From: Takakia lepidozioides
Taxonomy: Eukaryota; Plantae; Bryophyta
Direction: 5' to 3'
Length of the DNA stretch: 64,000 nucleotides
NCBI GenBank assembly: GCA_030704615.1
Contig: CM060731.1
Coordinates: 11,842,001-11,906,000 of the forward strand
Made by a program: the position numbers and the translations under genes. The notes under the pieces were generated by a model. It worked only from the letters and a program-made list of their open reading frames with translations, ran no database searches and was not told the origin of the DNA. Positions 37,205 through 50,472 of the stretch are shown here, in pieces (position 1 is the stretch's first letter; every line of letters begins with the position of its first letter).

Positions 37205-37757
37205 CCTTGAAAAAGAGTAGCGGAGTACGCTCAATGACAGCAGCTCCCGGATGGAGGAGGAGCAGCGCGGTGGCTGGAAAAAGTTCAAGCTAACGCTGCA
37301 ATTCCTCACAAACACTCCAGGGCACATTTAAATTTCCCCCCTACAGGATCCTGGACCGATGAAGATTGGCTGCTTCATGAATGTAGCCGTTTCAGTTTCC
37401 TACCCTGCCATGCAAACTATGGGCACTCACTGCCAGGTGGGCCGATAGCCACTGGACACGACGAAGTCCATCCCCTCTTCGATGTAAATGCGGCGCCGAA
37501 TTTCCATCCGGGGGGATGGACTTCGGTGGCAGATCTCAAACTATAACTTGTTGATGAGAAAGATGTATGGGTTCATCCACCGCCGGCGTGATGAACACGT
37601 TCCACCTCCGTCGGTGGGTACGTGGGACCCAGATGCTCCATTATTGGAGGCCGGACTGCTCTTCCGCTTCGCATCATTTCCAAAATCTAAGGGCTTCGTA
37701 GCTGTCCGCAAGGTCATTGTCATCTGCATCCAAGTCGTCCTCAGTCCTCCTTTGCAA

Positions 37758-38324
37758 GGATGTCCGTGCTTCCGGAACCGGGACGACTGCCCATTTGGAG
37801 GCATCGATTATGCAATGTATTCGGCCACATCGGGAGACATTGTTATCTGGTACACAGATTACACAGAAGATACTGGTTCGATTGTGGAAACATTGGTGGC
37901 TTTTGAGTATATCCTAGGCCACTACGCCTTCGAGCGGGGTGACGATCTTGGTCTGAGGAGTCCGTGGCTCCTGCGCATCCTCGATTCCGATTTTCCCAGC
38001 TACGACGGTCACCCATGCAGAAGAAGGCGCACTGCTATGCTGTTGCGGTGGAACTGCTGCCACTGGACGTGGGTGGACTCCATCAGAGAGACCTATTCTC
38101 CTGAAGGTGTGCGCTCCTCTTCTCCATTGTATGGGGACATTCGCATTGGTGTGGACGACGAAAACGTGAAGATTTCCATATTCGATGGTGGTATGATTGA
38201 AGGGCAGGACATTGTGGTGAACATCACTAGGGGCGGTACAACGGCTGCAATCGACTTTACATGGAGGAGCCCCATGACTCATGAGCTAGTTCTGAGAGCA
38301 GTCGAAGTCCCATTGACAACGTGA
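37758..38324 (+). CDS. Orphan protein (about 190 aa), paralog 2
   Basis: Homologous to 36626-37204 at protein level; start uncertain (within ORF 37488-38324). Confidence 0.6.
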   Translation, partial: GCPCFRNRDDCPFGGIDYAMYSATSGDIVIWYTDYTEDTGSIVETLVAFEYILGHYAFERGDDLGLRSPWLLRILDSDFPSYDGHPCRRRRTAMLLRWNCCHWTWVDSIRETYSPEGVRSSSPLYGDIRIGVDDENVKISIFDGGMIEGQDIVVNITRGGTTAAIDFTWRSPMTHELVLRAVEVPLTT

Positions 38325-40401
38325 CTTGTATTCAGTAGGCACAGGGCTAAAGATTTGATTGCACAATCAGCACAGTAGACGTGCTTCAAATGCAATTCAT
38401 GTGGATCAATAAAAACCTCATTGTGCCCTCTTTTTATTCTATTCTGTGTCCATCGTTCCCAGAATGCGTCATTGCTCATTTCGTTTGGGATTGGGAGTAT
38501 GGGTGGATTTTGCAAGTGGCTGGTAGGCTGAAATGGGCCCCCATTGTACAGAGCAGTACCACCCTACCATTCGCGAAACATTGCCTTTCAATATATAATT
38601 CTAAATAACATTGCCGAACCTCCTTCATCGGGAGGTCCTTCTCCCCCTATGACCGTGGCACCCTAAACCCTATTCCCGCGGACACTCATTTCCGGAAAAT
38701 AGTGCTGCTCATGTTTTTTTCCACACTTACGACTCTGCTCATGGCTCATGCCGCTCATGACTCATGGCTCATGAAATAGCAGCCCCCATGTGTGGATGGA
38801 CATATTAATGGTAGTTTGCGTGGATGGGGCAGAACATCCATTTGGGCTGCACGACCGTTCGATTTCGGACGGAGGCGATGGTTCAGATCATCCAAGAAGG
38901 TCGCATATAAGGGGTACGTTCTTTCAGCCCGGCCTTTGGGCTTCCCATTTTCTACGCGTAAGCGCTGCGAGAGTGAGAGCTTGACAGTTGAGAGAGGAGA
39001 GCGTGAAAGACAAGAGTTTTGGAGCGAGTTTTGCAGCGACTGGACACTGGAGCGTGGAGAGAGAAAGAGAGCAGATTAGGCCGAGTGCAGAGAGAGGAGA
39101 GGGTGAAAGGTGAGAGAGTGAAATAGGCGGAATTTGAAGAGCGGGGAGGAGAGATAGGACAGTGGTGAGTGGAGAGAGATGAGTGCAGAGGCGAGAGCAC
39201 AGGGAGGGGAATTACCGGCTTGCAGGCGGAGGTGCGGAAGAGAGTGTCAAACGAAGGACTATGTTTGCAGGGACACCAAAATGGCCGGCCCCAGCAGATA
39301 CAACATTGAAAACTCATTTTTTTCGTCTTTTGTTTCCTATTTTGTGTTGACCTGTTCTCGATTCATGTGGTTCATGTCAATTCGTTTGGCTCCGGCTTCA
39401 TTCTCTGCTGCCCTGCACTCTCTTCAGTGCACTCTCATCTCTGTTTTAGTGCTTCAGTGCACATTTGGTTTCTGTTTCATTGTCTGCTTCATTGTTTGCT
39501 TCATTCCTGCTTCATTCTCTGTCAATTCATTTCATTCCTGCTCATTCTCTGCTTCAATGCACTCCTACTTCATTGCTTCATTGTTGTTCTTCAATTCACC
39601 GGTGGTTTGTAAGGTGGTTTTGTGTGCAATAGGGTTTTTGTGTGCTCGTTCTGGTAGATTAGGGTAATGGTTTTAGGGTGTCGGCAGATTACCGTGCTGG
39701 TTGTATTGCTTATTTTGTTGAATGTGGTGGTGTTTTGAGGATAGTGGTTTTGGAATAGTCCGAAAGTCCTCATTTCATTTCTCAACCGTTTTCTTGAGCT
39801 CCAAATCCAGCGTTAGTTTGTTCTTGTCAATATTGTTTATGTATTTTTGATGCATTTCTTCTCATTCCATTTCAATTCTCGTTCGAACCCGCCATATCCA
39901 ATTATGTCCAATTTGGCAATTCTGAAAAACCACCATAGCCTAGTCTACTTGTATGCCACACTAGATATAGGCTCACAGTAGGCTGCTTGCAGGCCAGAGT
40001 AGACTCTTACAAGACCCATGTCAAGCATATGAGGAACAAAAGAACCATTGGTTCGTGTGATGTCTGTTTGAGGAAGATGAAAGACATTTTCTTAAAGTAA
40101 GGACGAAATCGGATAATCCCGGGAAAAATGAAAATCATTGTGACAGGATGTGGGAACGTGTGATGAAATGATATGTGTAACACTGTAAGTGTAACACTCA
40201 CTTTCCAACGAGACTGGAATATGATAATCGGGAACCTCCACTAGACAATGGAGGTTTGATATTTCTTTGGGTCAGCCCGTTCCAAACTCTGATTATTTTT
40301 TCTATCAGTATGAAAAAAAGAGCGTGGGTGGGGAACCGGTGTCGGACGATGAGGATAAGACCGTCAGCTAAAAATGGAACAAGAGACGGAGTTCGGTAGA
40401 C

Positions 40402-40960
40402 GTGATGGAAGCGGACCATCCAGATCAAGAAGATGATGTTTTGAAACTAGCTGAAAAATCCAGTAGGGGGTTTACCGAGCCGAACAAAGTGTCTGGGATT
40501 GACAAAAATGTGACAGTAGAATCCCCGCGAAACGCAGCCGAATCTCCCAACAATACACCTCAAGAATACTCCCTGGATACCCTGGCAGAAATAAGAGATA
40601 GCGTTCATGAACCCATTGATGTCTACGGATCTCCTGCCTACTCCCAAGAATCTCCGACATACACCCCTCCAGACTATTCCCCGGACACTTTGGCGGCGAT
40701 ACGAGAGACCGTTTTTGGATTTCCCGCATCTCCGGGTTACTTGCTAGCATCTCTTGTGTCCACCACAGGATCTCCAGGATATTACCCTCCACACTTTTCC
40801 CCGGACACTGCAACGAAAGAGGGCGTACTGGAACCCCTGGACGTCTATGGATCTCCTATACTCCCCAGGGTCTCCTGTGAGTGTCAACGGATCCCCGAGA
40901 TATACCCCTCTAGACTATTCCCTTGATACACTCAGGGCAATCAGAAGGAGCATTTTGTAG
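40402..40960 (+). pseudogene. ORF with repeated SP.Y.P.DYS.DTLA.IR peptide
   Basis: About 4 degenerate peptide repeats, frameshifted near the end. Confidence 0.35.
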
Positions 40961-41281
40961 TGGTTGGGTATGCCGAAGACTCGTCTGAGTATAGTAGATG
41001 GAGTCTGCGCGAGAAGTCCCTGAGTATTTTTTGGAGGAATTAGGTTCGAAGATTTCTTTTGTAGATTTGACCTGTTTCAGGATGATGTATTCAAAGGCTC
41101 CTTAGCCTCAATTTCATTAAAGTGTTTTATAACATATGTACAATCAGGAAGAGTTCCCCTTTCTTGTAGAATGCCTCGTACATACGAACCTCCACTGTCC
41201 AGTGGAGGTTCTTATATATGGAATGATGGATGCTTGTAAGGGAGATCTTGTTATTGGATTATCTAATGAATTTGTGTTTGG

Positions 41282-44200
41282 TTGTTACAAAAGACATCCT
41301 ACACCACCAAATTGCGTTCCGGGATTGATTGGAGATATTTGTGGCGCATTCATTTCAAAACTGACCATACCGCAATTTTTGAGCTGAACCCAGAGGTAAC
41401 AGAGTGGGGCATCGTCCCTGTGGGTACACCTCCTGATCACAAGCTGTCTTTTCATTACAGAAGTCGTGGAGTAATAACAGATGTAAAATACGGAGAAGCT
41501 CTCGATATTGAGCTTGAATCTGAAGAGGAAAACCCAATGTTGGTTTTGTTCCCAGGGTTAGAGGATGCGAGAACCCCCGGGATGTTTGGATTCAAGGTGC
41601 AGGTGGGTCGTCTAAACAAGTCGATGATGAGGGAATGCATTGGACTGGGTTTTAGATTTCCCGATGAGGGCTCAGTATTTACCGATGAAGGTTTGTCGAG
41701 GGCCTGGAGTATCAATCTCGATGTTCTGCACGCAATGGGGAACGACAAGCATAAGAAGCGAGCACTGGAGGAAGCATCGAAGCCGAAGAAGAGAAAACGC
41801 AAGTCGTCGACTGCCGGGAATGATGACAATGAGGCCGGGACTTCCGGAGGAAAGAAGAAACAGAAGGGGGATCCGGATCCAGCATTGATGACAGATAACA
41901 AGAGACCAAAAGTTGGGGAGATTTTCGACAAGGAAAAGTGCGAGAAGATGGAGGAGAGGCTCATGAAGGAATATAACGATGTCTTTCCGTTTGGATTCGA
42001 GAGTACACTCCTTGTCAAGGTTTCCATGATGGAACTAACTCCAAAGAGCATGGTTTACTGGCCGCTCAATATCAAGCATAAGGACGAAGTGAAAGCGCGA
42101 CTCTTCCAGCTTCATTTGTTCGACTCCAAACATCCGGTGTATCTTGCACCAATCAACCCTTCAAATCCGGAGAAGATTGCTTCATCGCGACCGAAGCAAT
42201 GGAAGGAAATGGACGTATCCAGGTTCTTCGTCATTGGTGGACAACACACCATCGTGGCTGCAAAGGTAATGGACTTCATGGCCACCCAATTCTCTCTTTT
42301 AAGGAACCTCCACTGCCGGTGTTTCCTCGAAAATGGATATGTCGCTATTTCTTTTACCTCTCTCACCCATTTTACCCAAACTGTCGCAGGAACTTCTCGA
42401 GGATCTTGCCGACAATGATCTGAAGGAATACTACCGGGAATGGCCTGCGAAGATTGTCTGGTCAACCGATGAACAGAGGCTCCTGAAGCTATCAAAGCTC
42501 CTCAATGATCCCAATAAGGCGCAAAAGTTTGATACACCAATGTCGGAGAAAGTTGCGCATGCGCGAATGTTATTCAACCTGAGGAGGAAGCCAAAGAAAT
42601 ACAACGATCACACCACCAACTCCGAGACGAAACAATGGAAGGTATGCATCTATGGAATGCAAATCTACTATTCACATTCATTTTATGCTAAAGTATACTT
42701 CTTTGGTCGGTATGGCTCTAAATTTTTCCATGGATGAATGTCCAGGAGTTCATGTTTGCCTGTCATTTGATACTTGAAATGGGTAGCATTAAGGAGGCAA
42801 TGGTTCTAGTACTTTGCGACGACGACGTTTGGAAAATCTGGGAGGATGTGTTCAAACGGTGGGAGCAGGGAAAGCTACTCGACCCCTTTGGGATACAGTA
42901 CAAGGGTGAACAGCCACAGCTCACGAAATCTGCTATCGCAAAGCTGCAAGGATTGAATAGCTGGCAGCTGATAAAAGTTGCGCGAAAAATACTGGACTTG
43001 AAATTGAGCATTCGAGATTACAAAGGACAAGACAAATCCATTCAAGGCATGAACAAGTACATAGACTACATGAAAATGGGCCGGTTTATTGTCGACGATG
43101 TTATGGAAGTGTTGGGGTGGCCTCGGAGGAGCAAACAGTGCACGGAACCATACACTAAGGACGAGTGGCATGAAGTGAAGAAAAAATACCACTTCAATAA
43201 GGCAGAGTTCTCAACATTTAAAGACAAACTGGGGACGGATTACATTTTAAGATGAACATGGAGACAAAACCACTCACGGCCGCCTTTGTTAAGTACGTCG
43301 TCTCCATCAAGAAAGCTTATGAGGATAGAGAGGATGCCATGGCGATTATTTCAGCGAGTTCCAAGTCTCATTACGCACTCATGGGGGGGGGACCAAAATT
43401 CGCCGATGCCAAGTCTCGTTTGTGACTCGCACCGAGGAAACGGTTTGACAACATAGTGATGGTGTTCGTGAATACAATTTTTGAAGATGACTATGTGGTA
43501 TTTGAGGCCAGACAACCAGCATGTAGCCCAGTGGTAATGGGCACATACCACGTTGGATGTGGTTGTGGGTTCAAACCACCGTCTGGTGTGTCATGAAGGT
43601 GTCCACTTTCCTGCTGGAAGGGAGTAGCCCTTTGGGGTCAAGTGACACCATAAGTTACGCTCCCTTCGGGAGGCGTCATATATATATATATATATATATT
43701 TGAGGCCAAGGACTATGTGAACATACTGGAAGCTTTTGTGGCTCAAAAAATGAACACGGGTGCTTTTGTTTTCTTCTCGACGCAGCCGTCCTCGGCCAAT
43801 CTGGTCTCCTACATCCAAAATGGTCCCGGAAGAACATTGAATCTTGTCCGGCAGCGATTTTATGTTCCGGGGGAGTATGAAAACGTTTACAAAAACAGCA
43901 CAATTCTTTCTCTCGGACTGTCCTATGCCTGGACTACGTTTTTCCAGCGACACCTGAGGAGATGCAGAATCCGGACGAGCACATCACTACAGTGCTCTTA
44001 ATCGAGCCAATTCAGCCGATTATCAAAGGGCCTTCTAGGAAGCCAACAACTTTTGAAGAAGCCTGCAGGACTTATACTCATGAGCTACGAGCTGACACCT
44101 ACGACTATTTGGCCTCCCTGTTTTGTCGAGATGGGATGTCCGCTGTCAACATCTTTGGAGGCGTGCTATTGACGTACGCCCTTCATGTAAGTGAAAAACC

Positions 44201-44500
44201 TATTTGTATTTTACATACATTTTTTACATTTTGCTTTGAACACGTCCTCTGTTTTACTGACTGGGTTTATCTATAGGCAAGAAACATTCGAGTGCTTGAC
44301 ATCAACCACTCAACCAAAAAAAAAAATTGCAAAGGAAAAATTGAAGCGAATTTTAAGAAGCTTCAAATTGAGAATGACAATGTTGCTGACGAGGTAGACG
44401 GTGGAGACGATGATGAGGATGAGGAAGTGGAGGATGAAGATATGGAAGAAGAAAACGCTGAGCCACAAGACCAACAAAACGACGAAGTATAGAATAACAA
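41282..44500 (+). pseudogene. Third, divergent ParB-like (+ degenerate MTase-like) multi-exon gene
   Basis: FFVIGGQHTIVAAK followed by a GT donor. Downstream ELRADTYDYLASLFCRDGMSAVNIFGG resembles an eroded motif X-I. Acidic tail; frameshifts. Confidence 0.5.
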
Positions 44501-45474
44501 TCAAGGAGATGGAGGATAGTTCGAACACAGAGAGGAGGACGAGGGCATCGAGGGTAACGAGGGCAATGAGGGCATCAATGAAGACACTTGGGATGTTGGA
44601 CACCTTCATATGATTGAGGACTTCAGAACTCAGGCACTGGATGGACTTGCGAACCCCACGCAAGACGTTGCGGTCACAAGGTCATGATTCTAGACGAGGA
44701 TTCGTCGAGTACAAGCGAGAGAACTATGAGTAATCCTCCTTCACCCTCACGGAGTGGCGAGGCCAGCTCCATGGAGGTAGGCGGGAATGTTGTTCGGAGT
44801 ACAGAAGAGTGGTTCAAACTTGTACTAGGGGACGAGCCGGCGCTAATGTCCCCGTCTCCCGCAAAAGACAGGGGAGACAGAGCGAGGACTAAAAGCCCGT
44901 CTCCCGGAAAAGAGAGGGGAGGCAGAGGCAGGACTCAGAGCCCAACTGACTCTCACAATGTCTCCCAGCATGTCAATGTGGATTTAGGTAACGAATGACA
45001 CATGGAGATTTATGGTATTTTTCCGTATTTTAAATGGAACAAATTGAGTGTATTGATCTGGTTGTGTTCTGGTTTTGTTTTTGTCAATAGCTGATCTATA
45101 TTTTGATTTTTGTTTGGCGTCATATTCCCACCTCCTTCAACTTTACATTTGACTAACGGTTACGAAAACTCATGTAGATCCACGAACGGAAATTGGAGGA
45201 AATTACACACACTCAGACAAAATCCATCGAGACTCAAACAGTGAGGAGGTAGGTGGATTTAACAATCAGGGTCAGCCCACCTGATCCGGTCATACAAGCA
45301 ACCTCCACTGTACAGTCGACGTTGCGAGGTGGAGGAAATGAGTCGGAGATGGTCATTGCTCAGCGCGAAGGAAAAGAGAGCGAGCAGCCCCAGTAGCAGA
45401 TTCGGAATCCATCCCCGAAACGGGTATACACTTCATAACCATCTTAGAAATGTTCTTCATTGTCCTTCTTCTAG

Positions 45475-46560
45475 TTGAACCCACAGGATTGGTATCGCCT
45501 CTCTGAGGGACCGAATGGATGTCGACCAGGATACTACGTCTTGGTTCTTGACGTCGATTACCAAGTTGGTGAGGTTTACCTCCAAGATGGACTGAGATCC
45601 CCTCCCGCAACCCATCATTGTATATGCGCTAGAAAATTCAAGCTTGCAGTCCAAAATGGTTTGGACGACTTCCTAAAATGGGTCCTTAAACATTTTAAGG
45701 TCTACTTTTGGAACACTGGACCGTTAGACAATGTCCTGGATATAGGGCTAGCTTTGTTTGGAAGAAGGTTTCACAAGGTCAGGGAATTCAGCAATGAGGA
45801 CTGCGAGAAGCATAGACAAACTTTCAGTGCTGAATGGCCCAAATATCCGAAAGCGCCAATATATCTTAAATGGCTTTACGACATTATCACTGTAGACGAC
45901 ACTGTAGCATACAGATCAAACACACTTCTCATCGACACTGTAGAGAATATGTCTAAGTCTTACTTGAACCCAAAGGCGCTCGGTATCTTCCTTCCAAAAT
46001 ATAAAGCGAGTCTTGCAGTTTCTGGACCTTGCATTGAAGCATTTTCACGTGGCCATTTGGTCATGCGCTGATAGAGGTGTTCTTTGTAGGATGTTGGAGA
46101 GCTTCGTCCCCATGAAAATAGCGAAGAAGTTTTGCTTCATATGGTCAGCTGAGGATTGCAAGGATACTACCGGTTATATCAGGCCCGGGATGAAATATCT
46201 CGTGAAGGATATTTGCAGTGTTATTGCCAAGTTCCCTGGTAGACCGTTTGCTACGCAGGGGCAAATACTTCTTGTAGATGATGAGCCATCAAAGGGCCGG
46301 TGAAACCCACAAAATACTGGATTCTTCCCTTTTTCATTCAAGCCATCACCAAATGGCTTGCGTGACCGGGATGATAGTCTCCGCACCACAGGAAACGGAG
46401 ATACTTTCATGAAGGTGAAACCGGCTGACATTGTCATCTGAAATGTTACTGCCAACTCTACTTGGTTGCAAGTGGTTGTGGTAACCGGAGGTGTCTTCGG
46501 ACACATGCCTTGATTACGAGCCGTTTGGGAGGAGGCTCAGTATTATTAATGAGTTAGTGT
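45475..46560 (+). pseudogene. Two tandem FCP1/NIF-like HAD phosphatase domains
   Basis: VLVLDVD..GLDDFLKWVLKHFKVYFW..NTLLID..LNP, then FLDLALKHFHVAIWS..FIWSAEDC..LVKDI..ILLVDDEPSK..NPQNTGFFPFSF. Frameshift and stop present. Confidence 0.65.
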
Positions 46561-46969
46561 AAGCCATTCTATGGTGTCAGAATCTATGGCTTGTATGGCA
46601 TTAAGTCCATGAACGGATGTACAGTTGACGTTAATTTTTCTGTTGGTCCATCGCCAATGATACAATCTCAAATAAAATCTGAATGTTTGATATCATCAAT
46701 CAGGTCCCGACAGACTCATTTTTCCATGTTGTCCTCTTCATCACATGCCATGATTGTTTCATATTTGGTTCCGCCATTGTTCCATGTTTGTTTGTGTATG
46801 TCATTTTGGATATCGGAGCTCTTATCATTGTTTGATTCATTGCATCCTCCCATTCTTTTTAATGAACGTCAACTTGGCAGTGGATGTTCCTCTAAGACCA
46901 CAATACATACTTATATTTCTGCGTATGCATTCTTAGATCGTGTGCTTAGCCAATTCGGTGCTCCATCTG

Positions 46970-48360
46970 AGGTTTGAGAACCTTGCCATTGCACAACATT
47001 GTGATACGTTGAGGTATGTCACTATACGTGGTGGCGGATATCGTCATGGGGTTCAGAGGTTCCACCCTGGGGACTATGTTTATTTGCAGCAGACTGCTCC
47101 TACGACCTTGGATGTGACTGCAGGGCGTGTTATTCTGAGGGTTCGAGAGGTGTTGCCCTCAGGAGTCCTGACCTTGGAGGGTCGGGATGGCATGACTTGG
47201 AAGGATCATGTGCGTAATTGTGCGCCATGTCACCTTCCCAATGTCGATGGCAGGATTGACCCAAACTTGGCAGTGGTACTTGCAGGTTTGAGGTGCATGT
47301 TGCGTGGGTCTGCCAAATGGACAGCCACTAGCTGGTGTGTGATCGATGCTCAAGAGGTTGGCACATGGGATGCTTGACACCACTCCTTGAGAAGGTTCCT
47401 GATGGAGATTGGTTATGTCCACACTGCTTGGATAGTGGCAGTGGATATGACTAGTGGCAGCTAACAAGACATGGGCGGCCAAGCTCATAGGAGTCAATAC
47501 ATGAGATCCCAGGCTCAAGTTCACAGGTTTCAAGACGACGACTAACGATGGGGCAACCCTTGCACCCGGCCTCTTTATCTATCGAGTTTGAGTGTAATAG
47601 GGACAGTGGTGGAGGACTTAGTGAGGCTACGGTCACTATCGCATCTTGTGGCTACCTGGACTTAGAGGGATCTAAGCACCAGCTAGGGGGGCGATTGTGG
47701 TGGACTAGTGAGTGCCATAGTGGGCAACATAGTGGCAGCCTAGTGACTAACTAGTGACAGACTAGTGGCTGGACTAGTGGTGGACTAGTGGTATACTAGT
47801 GTGTGGTGTGCACATATGTTGTGTGGCTTTGGACAGCGATGTGGTTGTGTAGCAATATGTATGCGCACGACAGCTGTCAAGTTATTTCACCACTAGTGTG
47901 AAACTAGCTAGGAAATAGTTAGCTTTTACATATTGACATTTGGGATTAGCCCAAGTGTCAATCCAGGGGTCAAGGCAGATTTAGGCCCTAGAGTGGTTAT
48001 CTTCACGGCAAGCGCAGGGAGGCTCATCTTTCTCAAGTTGAGCCTCACCGCGCCTAGCCATGGCGCAGTAGTATGGATTCCCCATAGCATGGGGTGTACT
48101 TGGCTTGACTTTATATGAGTGATGATTTAATGTGCAAAGTTTGTGAGCTCGAGAGAGCTTGTATTCTTCTTGTTTATCATTGTGGTGGACTAGTGACTGC
48201 CATAATGGGCAACATAGTGGCAGCCTAGTGACTGACTCGTGGCCAGCAGCCTAGTGGTTGGACTAGTGGTGGACTAGTGGTATACTAGTGTGTGAGTGCA
48301 CATGTGTTGTGTGGTTTTGGACAACGATGTAGTTGTGTAGCGATATGTATGCGCACGACA
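46970..48360 (+). mobile_element. 3' end of another Gypsy subfamily copy: integrase tail, PHD, PPT, B1-A2-B2 repeats
   Basis: FHPGDYVYLQ..; PPT agctaggggggcgat; B1 47696-47872, GC, A2 47875-48179, T, B2 48181-48360. Confidence 0.88.
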
Positions 48361-49219
48361 AGCACCTTTTTGAATGCATATATATAATTTTTCTTGTGAT
48401 TAATTGTGGACGCATTATGAATGGTAAGAGCGCAATTGAGGGAGGGTAGCTACCATGTGAGCAGCTCATGTGAGCACGCTCACGCTTAAAGTGGTAAACG
48501 TGAACAGAATCCCTTAAGCGTGAGCAGATTCCCTTAAGCGTGAGCAGATTCCAAGCATGAGAAGATTAGTGAATGGGAGCCCACAACTGAGGGAAGAAGA
48601 GGGCCTATTGCCGTGGACAAAAACTACACTGCACGGACACAATCCACACCCCATCCGACGGAAGAATCCTTGCTCATGACGACCATATGGTACGAATGTG
48701 TGATGAAAAAGCCTCCGGATAAATGGTTTTGAGATGAATGAAAAAGAGAATGGATGAATGTTGAATGACTTATGGATGAACCATGGTGTGTGTGCAGGTG
48801 CTCGGGATTAAGGTGTCGTCAACGACATCTTAATTCCTAGTACGAGTTGGCTCCATCTCCACAACAGACTTCATGGCTGGTATGGCTTTCTCTTAGTGGC
48901 TGTGAAATCTGCCCGACTTTATGCTTAGTCCTGCTCTGTGGCTCTCCCAAAGTTTCCTCGTCTAGGTCACCGCAGTATTCGTTCTTGGTCTTATTAAGCT
49001 TTCATGAGTATTACTGCAAGATGTCAGTGATGGTTTTCCAATGGTTCTATTTTTACGATGAGCTCTTCCTGCGTTTCTCTCAATTCATGGAGGTAAGGTG
49101 AGGGTAGGGCGGCTTGGAGGTAGGGCGAGGAACCTTAATAGTTAAAAATATCGCCTCAATCTATTGACAGTAATGTAGCTACATGAGTGGTCTAACTGTA
49201 CACGCGGTTGAGGAGCACA

Positions 49220-49500
49220 ATACATTCAAGAAGATGGCGCCCAAGGCTGTGAAGGAGATTAGGAAGTTTGACCAGAAGGCCATGGGGACTAGTGACATGA
49301 GGCTGGATGTAAAGCTTAACAAACACATGTGGAGCAGAGGTGTCCCGAATGCACCAACCAGAATCCGCGTCCGAATGGCAAGGAAGCGCAACGATGACGA
49401 GGATGCAAAGGAGGAGTTGTACTCATATGTTACTTCCGCAGAGTTACCCGCGGAAGGGTTTCACAATCTCGGCACTAAGGTTGTGGAAGAAGATGATTAG
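49220..49500 (+). pseudogene. RPL31: 5'-truncated 60S ribosomal protein L31 copy
   Basis: [59 protein letters not shown]; the N-terminus is missing. Confidence 0.9.
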
Positions 49501-49849
49501 GTCTTCAGCTGAATACCAATTTGAATGGTTACAACCCAAATACCACTTAGTCTCACCTCTGTTTGATGTTGGTTTGATGTTGATGATATGCTGGACTTCG
49601 TTTTTGTTTCACGTGGGGCAATTGCATCTCGAGTGTGTCCTGAATTGATCCTGGCCCTACTTACTTTGAGGGAACTTGAAGGAAACTGCTGAAGGTAGAA
49701 GGCAATTGCATACAGGAGTAAATCTGAGCTACCTATGGCCTCTTCTGATTGGGGGTGGGGCTGTAGAGGAGAGAATAGGATAGAACATGAGATCTCGAGG
49801 AAAAACCAAAATCCCCGAAAAATTTCTCCCCAAAAAAATTAACCAAAAA

Positions 49850-50365
49850 AATTTGAATCCAACAAAACTTTCAAGGCGGTGTGTGTGCAGGTGGGGGGGA
49901 TTGAGGTGTCGTCAACGACATCTTAATTCCCACCACCTGTTGCCACATGACAATTCATGGAAAAACCAAAAAAACCAAAAATATTTGAATCCAAGAAAAC
50001 TTTCAAGGCGGTGTGTGTGCAAGTGGGGGGGGATTAAGGTGTCGTCAACGACATCTTAATTCCCACCACATGTTGCCACATGACAATTCATGGAAAAACC
50101 AAAAAAAATTGAATCCAAGAAAACTTTCAAGGCGGTGTGTGTGCAAGTGGGGGGGATTAAGGTGTCGTCAACGACATCTTAATTCCCACCACCTATTGCC
50201 GCATGACAATTCATGGAAAAACGAAAAAAAAAAACCAAGTTTTTTTTAATTCAATAAAACTTTCAAGGCGGAGTGTGTGCAGGTGGGGGGGGGGGGGGGG
50301 TTAAGGTGTTGTCAACGACATCTTAATTCCACCACCTGTTGTCACATGACAATTCATGGAAAAAC
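49850..50365. repeat. About 120-130-bp tandem repeat (4 copies) with hairpin TTAAGGTGTCGT-CA-ACGACATCTTAA
   Basis: Direct reading; an isolated extra copy at about 48786-48838. Confidence 0.88.
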
Positions 50366-50472
50366 CCACAACCCAAAAACAAACCACCCGAAAACAAATT
50401 CACCCAAACATAAAATGGATATATATTCATTACATTGAACAAAGTGAGTCATTGGCAAAGAATTGAACTCCT

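Larger units (their letters stand above)
29624..38787. mobile_element. Related MULE-like segment C (accessory genes, no transposase seen)
   Basis: Right end GCTCATGAAATAGCAGCCCCC with GCTCATG subterminal repeats, a ParB-MTase paralog and palindrome clusters. Left end not identified. Confidence 0.6.

Noticed and set aside
14857-38787. B and C as one 24-kb element with paired TIRs
   Set aside because: The subterminal repeats differ (CGTGAGC versus CATGAGC), B has its own right end, and there is no TSD. Not fully excluded.
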